A DNA stretch of 64,000 nt, taken from Myxococcales bacterium. GTDB lineage: Bacteria; Myxococcota_A; Polyangia; Polyangiales; DASUME01. The stretch lies in assembly GCA_047601445.1 (NCBI GenBank), contig JASGJH010000001.1, positions 1,280,001-1,344,000 of the forward strand, read 5' to 3'. This document shows positions 20,978 through 30,341 of this stretch, piece after piece (position 1 is the stretch's first letter; every line of letters starts with the position of its first letter). A program made the position numbers and the translations under genes. The notes beneath the pieces are model-generated. The model ran no database searches. It was given only the letters and a program-made list of their open reading frames with translations, and was not told the DNA's origin.

Positions 20978-21601
20978 GTGCCGTTCACGAAGTCCACGCT
21001 GTACCGGCTGCCCCAGCGGCTCATGTTCTCATCGCTCTTGGCGCTGGGTGCGTGCGTCACCGATCCCATCGGCGATGAGGTGGGCACCTACCGCGTCACG
21101 ATGTCGCTGGTGTCGAACTCCTGCGGGGCGGCCGCCGTCAACTTGCAAGATGGGCACAGCTACACAGCCCAACTACGCGTAGACGGCGACCAGGCCTATT
21201 GGCGCCTGCCCGGCCAAAAGCCAATGGGCGGCACCTACGACGAAGGTCACTTCAGCTTCGCCTATTCGTCGGCAGTGGCCAAGTCGGCCCCGGACGCGGG
21301 CACCTTCTGTCAGCTGATGCAGGACGAAGTGCTGGAGGGGGCCGTCGCCCTCACGCAGGACGACGACGCTGGGATCGATGGCGGGGCCACCGCCAAGAGT
21401 GCATCCACGGACGACGACACAGACGACAGTGACGACGCCATCGAGGCCCCCGAGTCGGGACTCGTGGGTCGCCACATCTTCACCATCAAGGCCGCCGCCG
21501 GCACCGATTGCGCTGCCGCGCTCGCGCCCGAAGGAGCCTTCGATCGCCTGCCTTGCAGCGTGCGCTACGACCTCAAGGGCACGGACACCAAGTCCTTCTG
21601 A
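20978..21601 (+). CDS. Hypothetical lipoprotein
   Basis: Lipobox-like LALGAC, several Cys and an acidic insert; alternative start ATG at 21023. Confidence 0.7.
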   Translation: MPFTKSTLYRLPQRLMFSSLLALGACVTDPIGDEVGTYRVTMSLVSNSCGAAAVNLQDGHSYTAQLRVDGDQAYWRLPGQKPMGGTYDEGHFSFAYSSAVAKSAPDAGTFCQLMQDEVLEGAVALTQDDDAGIDGGATAKSASTDDDTDDSDDAIEAPESGLVGRHIFTIKAAAGTDCAAALAPEGAFDRLPCSVRYDLKGTDTKSF

Positions 21602-21646
21602 TCGTCGCCCCGAGCCGCATTTTTTGGGCTCTTTCGGGCCCGCGGG

Positions 21647-23413
21647 CTACTCGCTGATCGCGGTGAACTTACCGGTCGCCTCGGCCTTCGGGCCGCTGTC
21701 GGCACCCACGCGACGCTCCGCCACCACCATCAGGTTGGGCGACTCCTGGCCGAAGAACACTCCTGGCACCGCGTCACGGCCCGTCACTTCGATCACCCGG
21801 AAGCCGGCCGCATGCAGCATGGCCCCGATCTCGTGCAGCGAATAGAGCCGCAACGAGTACTCGTGCTCGAGCTGCTTCCCGCTGTCGATGATCACCGTGC
21901 GCTTCACGTGGAGGCGCGAGGTGAAGAAGTTGAACTCGCTCTCCTCCATGCAGATGCAGCCGTCGCCCTCGAACCAAACCAGGTTCGGCTGCGAGCGAAT
22001 CACGTGGTCGCGGTTGACCACGTCGAGCAGTAGCGTGCCGCCCGGCTTGAGCGCGCGATGGAACCGCTCGATGACCTTGCGGTTGGCGTCGTCCTCGAAG
22101 TAGCCGAGCGTGGTCCCGAGGCACGTGACCGCGTCGAAGCTGCCCTCGAAGTTCATCTCGCGCATGTCAGCGTGCAGGAAGTTGATGCGCATCCCGCGGC
22201 TCTGCGCCTCTTCGGAGGCACGCGACAGCATGGCCAGGGAAAGGTCGAGGCCGACTCCGAGGTACCCGCGCGCCGTCAACTCGATGACCGGTAGGCCCAG
22301 GCCGCATCCCACGTCGAGCAAGGTCGCGCCTGGCTTGAGCCGCAGGCGTCGCTCGAGGAAGTCGCACTGCCGAGCCACTTGAGCGGGCGTGGGCGGGCGC
22401 ACGGTGCGCAGGTAGTCGTCGTCGAAGAACACTTCCCACCACGGATGGGCACGTGGCTTGGAAGGCCTGAGCTCCTGAACCCGCGCGCTGCGCGTCAGCG
22501 CCTTGAGGTCGGGTGGCTCGGGCATCGAAATGCGGCCCATGGGCGGTGGCGGCGGCGGCGGCCCCATCGAACGGCGGACGCTCGCGTCGTCGCCACTGGG
22601 CTCGGCCTCCATCTCCTCGAGCTCTTCGAATTCGCCGGAGGGACGCCTGTCGTCGCCCTCGAGTTCCTCCTCGGTTCCCTCGAGCTCCTCAGTCAGATCG
22701 TTCTGGGTGGGCGCCCCGGAGTCGTTGCCGAGCTCCGCGTCCACCTCGAGATCGTCCTCCTGGGGCCCGCGCACCTCTGGCTCATGGGAAACCATGATTT
22801 CGAGCTCGGGGGGCTCGATGCTCGCGGGCGCGTCTTCGGTGCCGCGCAGCAAGGCCGGGGGCGGAGGCGTCGAACGCTCGAGGACGTGGTCGGCCTCCTC
22901 CTCGTCACCCATGCTGAGTTCGGGATCGGAGAGGTCGCTGTCTTCGTCGTCCTCGTCGTCTTCTTCCCCAGGCTCCTCCGCGTGGACTTCGTATCCGCCG
23001 TCATCGGCCAGCTCGAGCGGATCGAGCGGCTCCACCTCCAGCGCGGCGTAGCCGTTACCCGAGTGCTCCGTCGGGAATGGGTCCGAATCGCGCTGCCCAG
23101 ATTCCTCGAGCTCCACGGGGACCGAAGACACCGGTGCCGCCACGGGCGGAGGCACGCTGACGATCGCCGGCGGTTCCGACGACTCGCGTACCTCGGGCGG
23201 AGGTGGCGGCGGATCAGAAATCACGCGCACGGGCCGCGCGACCACCACGCCGCCTGGCGGAGGGGGTGGTTCGGAGAACATGCCCTTGAGGGTCCCGCCT
23301 ACATCGGGATTGGCCGTCAGGGCGGCCGGAATGCCAGACACGAGACTCGCGCGCTGCGTCACGTCCGAAACCGGCACACGCAAGGGCGCTGGTCGAGTCT
23401 CGTGTTCGCTCAC
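21647..23413 (-). CDS. Class I SAM-dependent methyltransferase with a long acidic/Pro-rich N-terminal region
   Basis: LLDVGCGLG, GLDLS, ADMRE and LKPGG motifs in the C-terminal ~260 aa; the N-terminal ~320 aa are low complexity. Confidence 0.88.
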   Translation of the reverse strand: MSEHETRPAPLRVPVSDVTQRASLVSGIPAALTANPDVGGTLKGMFSEPPPPPGGVVVARPVRVISDPPPPPPEVRESSEPPAIVSVPPPVAAPVSSVPVELEESGQRDSDPFPTEHSGNGYAALEVEPLDPLELADDGGYEVHAEEPGEEDDEDDEDSDLSDPELSMGDEEEADHVLERSTPPPPALLRGTEDAPASIEPPELEIMVSHEPEVRGPQEDDLEVDAELGNDSGAPTQNDLTEELEGTEEELEGDDRRPSGEFEELEEMEAEPSGDDASVRRSMGPPPPPPPMGRISMPEPPDLKALTRSARVQELRPSKPRAHPWWEVFFDDDYLRTVRPPTPAQVARQCDFLERRLRLKPGATLLDVGCGLGLPVIELTARGYLGVGLDLSLAMLSRASEEAQSRGMRINFLHADMREMNFEGSFDAVTCLGTTLGYFEDDANRKVIERFHRALKPGGTLLLDVVNRDHVIRSQPNLVWFEGDGCICMEESEFNFFTSRLHVKRTVIIDSGKQLEHEYSLRLYSLHEIGAMLHAAGFRVIEVTGRDAVPGVFFGQESPNLMVVAERRVGADSGPKAEATGKFTAISE

Positions 23414-24267
23414 TTGGCCTCCCGAAGCGCCACCGCTTGTCCCATCCGCACGGTCGCCCCGGCTTTCACGGCAAACCGGAAGCGATGCTCAGGTCCGAGC
23501 AGGACGATGGCGGTCGAGCCGAGGTGAAAGCGACCGATTTCTCCACCGCGCGAGAGCGTGGTGCCGTTCTCGCCGAATTCGAGCGTCTGCGCGGCTTGCC
23601 CGCGATTCGTGACGATGCGCGGGTCGAAGCTGACGCTGATGCGCCCTACGCCGATCGCCCCCACCATGATGGTGGCGGTCTCGCCAAAACGCGACGCCTG
23701 CACCGTGACCACGCGCTCGTTGCGCGCGAACAGCTTGGGCACATATGTAAGCCCGATGCTGTTGACCGGGTACAGGGTGCCGTCCACGTGGCGTGCGCGC
23801 CGCACCCGACCATCGACCGGCGCGTGCACGCGGTGATAGTCGCGGGGCGAGAGATACACGATGAAGAAGGTCCCGCCCTGGAAGCGCGCGGCCTCCTCCG
23901 GTGCTCCCAGCAGCTCGCCGACCTCGTACTCGAAGCCCTTCACCATGAACCGCGCATTGGGCTCAATGGTGCCGAGATCTTCGATACGACCGTCGGCCGG
24001 GGAGACCACCACGTCGTCGCGCATGTCCACCGACCGCATGCCAGGACGCAAGGCGCGGGTGAAGAAGGCGTCGAACGAGCGATAGCCGTCCGGCGGGACC
24101 ACCGCCTCGCCCATGTCCACGTCGTAGACCCGAGCAAAGGTTTGGATGGCCCCTCGCACGAGTGGAGGGGGAGCGGTGATGTCGGCCAGACGGCCCATCA
24201 CACTGCTGAGTTGCTTTCGCGGGAGGACGCGCAGCAGTTCGGCTGCGACGCGGGAGGCGGTGGACAT
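23410..24267 (-). CDS. psd: Phosphatidylserine decarboxylase proenzyme
   Basis: FFTR, SPADG, YLSPRDYHRVH, NER and the LGST self-cleavage motif. Confidence 0.95.
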   Translation of the reverse strand: MSTASRVAAELLRVLPRKQLSSVMGRLADITAPPPLVRGAIQTFARVYDVDMGEAVVPPDGYRSFDAFFTRALRPGMRSVDMRDDVVVSPADGRIEDLGTIEPNARFMVKGFEYEVGELLGAPEEAARFQGGTFFIVYLSPRDYHRVHAPVDGRVRRARHVDGTLYPVNSIGLTYVPKLFARNERVVTVQASRFGETATIMVGAIGVGRISVSFDPRIVTNRGQAAQTLEFGENGTTLSRGGEIGRFHLGSTAIVLLGPEHRFRFAVKAGATVRMGQAVALREAK

Positions 24268-24291
24268 CAGGGCAAGCTTCGCAAGGTTTTC

Positions 24292-24339
24292 GGTTATCTC
24301 CGGAAAGACCCTTCCAAGCAGTCTTTCCGGTACGTAACC
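24292..24339. other. Inverted repeat/hairpin between glnB and psd
   Basis: CCGGAAAGAC (24300-24309) pairs with GTCTTTCCGG (24321-24330), flanked by GGTTA/TAACC. Confidence 0.55.
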
Positions 24340-24402
24340 CGCATGCTACCGACGCCCTTTTTCAGCGTCAAACCCTAAATGTTTACGGCAGGATAAACGA
24401 GT

Positions 24403-24780
<378 letters not shown>

Positions 24781-24914
24781 CTACCGCCCCATTTTTTCCG
24801 ACGCGTTTCGCATCCGTGAATTCGGGGAAGGCAGCGGTCATCCAACGGTCCTACTTGATGCCGTAGAGGGCCCAGAATGGCAAGGCCTCAGCAATCGCTT
24901 ATGCTCGGCCCCCC

Positions 24915-26579
24915 ATGGCTTCCATCATGACCGCCGTACGCGATCTTGAACGCCTTCGTCAGATCGTTGGAGTCCTCGTTCGGCACGGTTTTGGGGAAAT
25001 GGTCCAACGCACCGGCTGGGGTGCCCAGCTGGGGATTGGCAAGAAGGACGCCGACAGCGACGAACGGGCGATTAGCCCGGCCGAGCGCATCCGGCTCACG
25101 CTGACCGACCTAGGCCCATCCTTCGTCAAGCTGGGTCAGATCATCTCGACCCGACCCGATTTGGTGCCCCAGGACGTGGTGGAGGAGCTCAAGAAGCTCC
25201 AGGACGACGTTCCCCCGGTTCCGTTCGAGCAACTCAAGCCGCTGCTCGAGCTGGAGCTCGGCGCCAACCTCGAGGACATCTACGACGATTTCGACGAGAA
25301 GCCGATGGCCTCGGCGTCCATCGGCCAGGTCCACCGCGCCAAGCTCAAGGTACCTGGCGGGACGGCCCTCGACGTGGTGGTGAAGCTGCAGCGCCCGAAC
25401 CTCAAGGACACCATCGAGCGCGACATCGACCTGCTCTACTGGATGGCCAAGGCCATCGAGCGCTCGATCCCCGAGAGCCGCCCCTACGCGCCCTCGCGGC
25501 TGGTCGCCGAGTTCGACCGCGCCATCACCGCCGAGCTCGACTTCACCCTCGAGTCGGAGAACGCCGAGCGCTTCGCCCGCAATTTTCGGGATTTCGACCC
25601 CGGCGTGGTGCACTTCCCCAAGGTCTACAAGCAGGCCTCCAGCAAGCGCGTGCTGACGCTCGAGTTCTTGCCGGGCAAGAAGGTGCTCGAGGCGGTCGCG
25701 GCCGGCGCCGACGGCGAGAAAATCGCGAAACACGCCGTGGCCATCATGATCAAGATGGTGTTCGAGGACGGCTTCTTTCATGCCGATCCTCACCCGGGCA
25801 ACATCATCATCCAGGGGACCAACGAGAACCCGCTCATCGCGTTCATCGATCTGGGCTTGGTCGGCCGGCTAACGCCCCAACTGCGCGACAAGACCGTGGA
25901 CCTGATGGTGGCCGCCGCCGGCGAAGATCACCGCGCCATCGCGGACGCGTTATGCGCCATCGGAACGCCCACCAAGAAGTTCGACCGCCGCGAGTTCGAG
26001 TCGGAGGTTACCGTGCTGGCCGACCGCTATATCGGCAAGCAGCTAAGAGAGCTCGAGCTCTCGGGACTGTTGCGCGACCTGATCAACGGAGCCGTGAAGT
26101 ACGGCTTCGAGGTGCCGCCCGATTTCGTATTGGTGGGCAAGGCCGTGATGACGGTGGAGGGCATCGCGCGCCAGATCTGCCCCCAGCTCGACGTGTTCCA
26201 GGAGGTGAAGCCCTACTTCCTGCGCCTGATGTGGATGCGCTACTCGCCGGAGAAGCTCAGCCAGGAGCTGATCCGGAGCATGTCGCGTCTGGGCGGCGCG
26301 GCTGCGGACATGCCCCTCCAGGTCTCAGAGATCCTCGAGGACCTGCGGCGCGGGGAGCTGGCCCTCACGATGAACGATCAGGGCCTACCGGGAGCCCTGG
26401 ATCGCCTCGGACGTCGCGTCTTCAGCGGCCTCGTGGTGAGCATGTGCCTGGCATCCGGGGCCTACTTGGTCGGCCAAGGCCACACGGCCCTGGGGGCCGT
26501 CCTGCTCAGCATCAGCTCGGTCTGGGCGGCATCTCACACGGCACTCGTGACCTGGCTTGGACGCAAGCGCAGGACTTGA
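24915..26579 (+). CDS. ABC1/AarF/UbiB family atypical kinase
   Basis: LGPSFVKLGQIISTRPD, ASASIGQVHRA, FFHADPHPGN and IDLG motifs; C-terminal TM helices. Confidence 0.94.
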   Translation: MASIMTAVRDLERLRQIVGVLVRHGFGEMVQRTGWGAQLGIGKKDADSDERAISPAERIRLTLTDLGPSFVKLGQIISTRPDLVPQDVVEELKKLQDDVPPVPFEQLKPLLELELGANLEDIYDDFDEKPMASASIGQVHRAKLKVPGGTALDVVVKLQRPNLKDTIERDIDLLYWMAKAIERSIPESRPYAPSRLVAEFDRAITAELDFTLESENAERFARNFRDFDPGVVHFPKVYKQASSKRVLTLEFLPGKKVLEAVAAGADGEKIAKHAVAIMIKMVFEDGFFHADPHPGNIIIQGTNENPLIAFIDLGLVGRLTPQLRDKTVDLMVAAAGEDHRAIADALCAIGTPTKKFDRREFESEVTVLADRYIGKQLRELELSGLLRDLINGAVKYGFEVPPDFVLVGKAVMTVEGIARQICPQLDVFQEVKPYFLRLMWMRYSPEKLSQELIRSMSRLGGAAADMPLQVSEILEDLRRGELALTMNDQGLPGALDRLGRRVFSGLVVSMCLASGAYLVGQGHTALGAVLLSISSVWAASHTALVTWLGRKRRT

Positions 26580-26597
26580 GCCCGCCGGGTGCCGGCG

Positions 26598-27638
26598 CTA
26601 CTTCTTGTTCGAATTGTTCAGGTTCTCGACCAGGAAGTACGTGTTGGTCGCGGTAATCAGGACATTCAAGAGCGGCGTCACTCGGCTCAGGACCTCGCCC
26701 ATCTTGGCGGACCAGTGCGTGCTCACGAACACGACGTCGCCGGGGGCAAGCTCCACGTCGCCGGTCTCACCGTTGATGAAATCCTTGAAGTCGTACTGAT
26801 AGAGCAGCGGCGTCTTGATGGGACCGCGCAGCAGACGAATGTCTTCCAGGTCGGCAAGGATGGTGAACGACCCTGCCGTGGCCAGCGCCTCGGATAGGCG
26901 AATCCCGTGACGATAGGGGATCATCGTGCCACCGATGGTGCCGATGCCGAGCACCGCGATGCGCGAGCCGAGCCCTGCCGGCATGAAGAGCTGGTCGGTC
27001 GGGTGCACGATCACGTTGTGCTTGGGGTCACCCGCCAAGGCCAAGCGGATGCTGACCGGCAGCGGCACCGAATTGCGCACCAGGCGAGCCTCGTCGAGAT
27101 CGGCGATGTAGTTGATTTCACCTTCGACCTCGCTGCGCAGCGGCCCGCCCGCGGCGGCAATCAGCTCGGCGACGCGCATGCCCGGCGTCAGCGGAATCTG
27201 ACCTTCGTTGACCACCGCGCCGATGACGGTGGCGTAATGACCACCCTGCCCCGTGACCAGCACGCTGACCCGCACGAAGCGATCGAACTTCTGCATCGCC
27301 TCTTCGATCTTGCGCTCCGACTGCTGGGGCGAAAGACCGCTGACCTGGATGGCGCCCGCGATCGGCACGTGCACCTTGCCTTCGCCGTCGACGACGAGGC
27401 CCGAATACGTGGTCGATTCGGTACTGGTCGCGATGATGTCGATGGTGTCGCCCGGCAGCAGCGAGAGCGGAATCGGCGGGTCGTTCTCGACGCCGTTGCG
27501 CATGACGCCGCCCGGCGTGTACCCCTTGTCCTCCATCGGGTAGGTAGGCGGGGGCTTGTACGAAGAGCATCCGGTGAGCCCACTGACCAGGGAAAGCACA
27601 ACGAAGCCCCAAATAAATGCGCTGTACCTTGAGTGCAT
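26598..27638 (-). CDS. Polysaccharide export lipoprotein (Wza/OPX-like, SLBB domains)
   Basis: Lipobox LTGC; LLPGDTIDI, VDGEGKVHVPIAGAIQVSG (PES domain); AAAGG and LAPGDVVFV; amphipathic C-terminal helix. Confidence 0.88.
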   Translation of the reverse strand: MHSRYSAFIWGFVVLSLVSGLTGCSSYKPPPTYPMEDKGYTPGGVMRNGVENDPPIPLSLLPGDTIDIIATSTESTTYSGLVVDGEGKVHVPIAGAIQVSGLSPQQSERKIEEAMQKFDRFVRVSVLVTGQGGHYATVIGAVVNEGQIPLTPGMRVAELIAAAGGPLRSEVEGEINYIADLDEARLVRNSVPLPVSIRLALAGDPKHNVIVHPTDQLFMPAGLGSRIAVLGIGTIGGTMIPYRHGIRLSEALATAGSFTILADLEDIRLLRGPIKTPLLYQYDFKDFINGETGDVELAPGDVVFVSTHWSAKMGEVLSRVTPLLNVLITATNTYFLVENLNNSNKK

Positions 27639-27761
27639 GAGACCCACGATGGGAGCGCCGTGCGAGAACACAAGCGCCAAGGTTGAAGGTTCCGCGGGCT
27701 GACTTTGGCACGCACGCTGCGGCCTGCAAAGAGCCGAGTGCAGGTTAGACTGACCAGACGC

Positions 27762-29444
27762 ATGCCCGAACAACACGACGTCCGCGTGCTGTCTGTGGAG
27801 CAGGCCCTGGTCGACGAAGCCTGCATCGCCAGCGTTACCACTTCGGTTCGACAGGCGCTTCACGGCCAACCTGAGGCAACCGCGCGCTCGACTGTGGCGA
27901 TCGACCTCACTCGGACCCAGGACATCACGCCTCGCGCACTCGCCGCCCTGCTGGAGTTTCCTGCTTCGCAGCCCACGCTCGCGACTCGTGAAGAGGGCGA
28001 AAAAATGCTCGCGCTGGTGGGTCTCGGGCGCCGCTCGACCCTACTCGCCGTGCAGGTCGGCCTGGCCGAGCACTTCGACTTCTACGCGTCGCGCTCGGCC
28101 CTCGAAAACCGGGGCCACGAGTTCCCTCGCAAGGGTATGTGCGCCGTCATCCATGAGCTCCCCGACTGCATCGGCGTGGGAGCGCTGGACGTCGCTGGCA
28201 GGGCGCTGCTCGTTCGCCAACTCCAGTTTCTGCGGGATATCGGTATCGAGGACGTGATCGTCGAGATTGTGGAGGGGCCCCACGCCATCGAACGCGCACA
28301 GCTCGTGCTCGGCGACGATCCACTCACCGCTCGCACCCAGGTGATTCCTAGCGCGCGTCCCATGGGGCCGCGCGAGCTGGCGCGGCGCGCAGGCTGCGTG
28401 GAGAACGAGCTATTCCTGAGCTTGCCCGCGGATCTCGCCGTGCATGGAAAGCCCGATCTCCAGCTGCAAGGCCCCACCCGCTATCACCTGCCTGCCCCCT
28501 CCGAGGCCCGCGCGCCGCAGTCGGCACTCGAGCTTCGTTCGCGCCGCGAAGGCGTTTCCGCGCCCGCATCCGTGGACGCCAGCGGTTGGGCTTTCCAGGT
28601 GCAGAACCTCGATCAGGCCCACAGCCTGGCCTGCGCAGCCCTGGAGGGACGCGCCCCCGGCCTGCTCGTGCACGCTGCCGAGATCAAGCCGGGCGTGTGG
28701 GTCGCCCGCGGCGCGCGCGTTTCGCCCGAGGCGCAGGTCTCCGGACCGGTGTTGATCGGCGCCAACGCGCGTGTGCTCGGCGACGCGAAGATCGGCCCAC
28801 GTGCCGTGCTCGGAGAAGGCGTGGTGGTGGAGCGTGGCGCCGCGGTCAGCGAAGCGTCCGTCGGCGCCAACACCATCCTGGGGGAAGGCACACGCATCCG
28901 CAGCGCCTACGCAGATGCGCAGGGCATCGTGAGCTTCGAGACGGGCGGCCGCACCCCGATCGGAGAATCCCTGGTGCTCGCGGCCCGCACCGATACCGGC
29001 ACGGCCCTCGTTTCGCGCTTGTTCGCGCTGTTCTTGTTGGTGCTCTTGGCCACCCCGTGGTTGTTGGGATTGGCCGTCCAAAAGGCCCTGCGAAGGCCCG
29101 CGATCCGCTCCATCAAGACACGACGAGGCCGCCTTCACACGGGCGATTCCGGCTTCGGCGTGGTCGACCTGCTGCCGGCCTTGTTCGACGTGGTCATGGG
29201 TCGCCGCGATCTGGTGGGAATTAACGACTGGCGCGCCCTCGAGGCCGCCGCCCATGCCGCTGCCCATGAAGGCGGTGATGGCTGGCGCGCAGGCGCCATC
29301 GATCTGTCACGCGCCATGGCCCCCGGAGCGAGTACCCAGACCCTGTTGCGCATGTGGCGTTGGTACCGTGTTCACAAAAATGCTTCGTTGGACCGCTCAC
29401 TTTGGCGCGAAGGCGTGTTTAAACCGCTCCGAAAACCCGAGTAA
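27762..29444 (+). CDS. Multidomain protein: STAS-like, degenerate nucleotidyltransferase, left-handed beta-helix and degenerate sugar-transferase (PGT) domains
   Basis: VAIDLTRTQDITPRALAALL (STAS-like); LDVAGRALLVRQLQFLRDIGIEDVIV (NTase-like); hexapeptide repeats; TM followed by DLLPALFDVVMGRRDLVG. Confidence 0.7.
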   Translation: MPEQHDVRVLSVEQALVDEACIASVTTSVRQALHGQPEATARSTVAIDLTRTQDITPRALAALLEFPASQPTLATREEGEKMLALVGLGRRSTLLAVQVGLAEHFDFYASRSALENRGHEFPRKGMCAVIHELPDCIGVGALDVAGRALLVRQLQFLRDIGIEDVIVEIVEGPHAIERAQLVLGDDPLTARTQVIPSARPMGPRELARRAGCVENELFLSLPADLAVHGKPDLQLQGPTRYHLPAPSEARAPQSALELRSRREGVSAPASVDASGWAFQVQNLDQAHSLACAALEGRAPGLLVHAAEIKPGVWVARGARVSPEAQVSGPVLIGANARVLGDAKIGPRAVLGEGVVVERGAAVSEASVGANTILGEGTRIRSAYADAQGIVSFETGGRTPIGESLVLAARTDTGTALVSRLFALFLLVLLATPWLLGLAVQKALRRPAIRSIKTRRGRLHTGDSGFGVVDLLPALFDVVMGRRDLVGINDWRALEAAAHAAAHEGGDGWRAGAIDLSRAMAPGASTQTLLRMWRWYRVHKNASLDRSLWREGVFKPLRKPE

Positions 29445-29477
29445 TTTCGCGAGACAACAAACTTTCTTCAGACTTTT

Positions 29478-29506
29478 TTGACAGCTCTCCGCACGTTCAG
29501 TAATCC
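29478..29506 (+). promoter_or_regulatory. Candidate lexA sigma70-type promoter with an overlapping partial myxobacterial SOS box
   Basis: Perfect TTGACA at 29478-29483 but a weak -10; the spacer contains CTCTCCGCACGTTCAG, a partial match to the M. xanthus LexA motif ending GTTCAG. Confidence 0.5.
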
Positions 29507-29600
29507 TATGTCTCACCTAATCACGTGGGCAGCCAGCTCGCTGAAGAGGTCAAAGCGCCAAAAACCAGGCGCGTGAGCGGAACGACGAGGCGAGGCGGAG

Positions 29601-30281
29601 ATGCAGAAACTCACTCAGCGTCAAAAGATGGTGCTCGAGTTCATCCAGACCACCATCGACACCGATGGCTATCCCCCCACGTTGCGAGAGATCGGCAACT
29701 TCATGGGGATCCGCAGCACCAACGGCGTCAATGATCACCTGCGCGCCCTCGAGCGCAAGGGCTACCTCACGCGCAAGGACATGAAGTCTCGCACGCTGCG
29801 CCCCACGCGCGCCGTGGAGCGACTGCTCAAGGGCACCACGGTGGCGTTCGAGACGGACCTCGAAGACGAGACCGAGGACGACAACCTGATCGAGATCCCG
29901 ATCCTCGGCCGAGTCGCCGCGGGCGCTCTGCAAGAAGCCATCGAACAGCCGAGCGACCACGTACGCATCGACCGCATGTTGATCGGGGGCCAGCGCGACG
30001 TGTTCGGCCTGCGCATCAAGGGCGAGTCGATGATCGAGGCGGGCATCCACGACGGTGACTACGTGTTCGTGCGCAAGCAGCTCGAAGCCACGCGCGGTCA
30101 GGTCGTCATCGCGTTGGTAGGCGACGAAGCCACCTGCAAGTACTTCTTCCCCGAGCGCGATCACATTCGCCTCGAGCCTGCCAACAGCACCATGACCTCC
30201 ATCATCATCCCCAAGACCGACTGGCGGGATACGCAACTGCTCGGCGTGGTGGTCGGCGTCTACCGCAAGCTGCTCAGCTGA
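29601..30281 (+). CDS. lexA: SOS transcriptional repressor LexA
   Basis: GYPPTLREIG..STNGVNDHL HTH, VAAG cleavage site, catalytic Ser (GESM) and Lys (TCK). Confidence 0.97.
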   Translation: MQKLTQRQKMVLEFIQTTIDTDGYPPTLREIGNFMGIRSTNGVNDHLRALERKGYLTRKDMKSRTLRPTRAVERLLKGTTVAFETDLEDETEDDNLIEIPILGRVAAGALQEAIEQPSDHVRIDRMLIGGQRDVFGLRIKGESMIEAGIHDGDYVFVRKQLEATRGQVVIALVGDEATCKYFFPERDHIRLEPANSTMTSIIIPKTDWRDTQLLGVVVGVYRKLLS

Positions 30282-30341
30282 AGCGCAGCGCGCGTTTTCG
30301 CACTCGCCTTTGAGGGCGTGGTCGGGCAAAAGAGTCTGACC

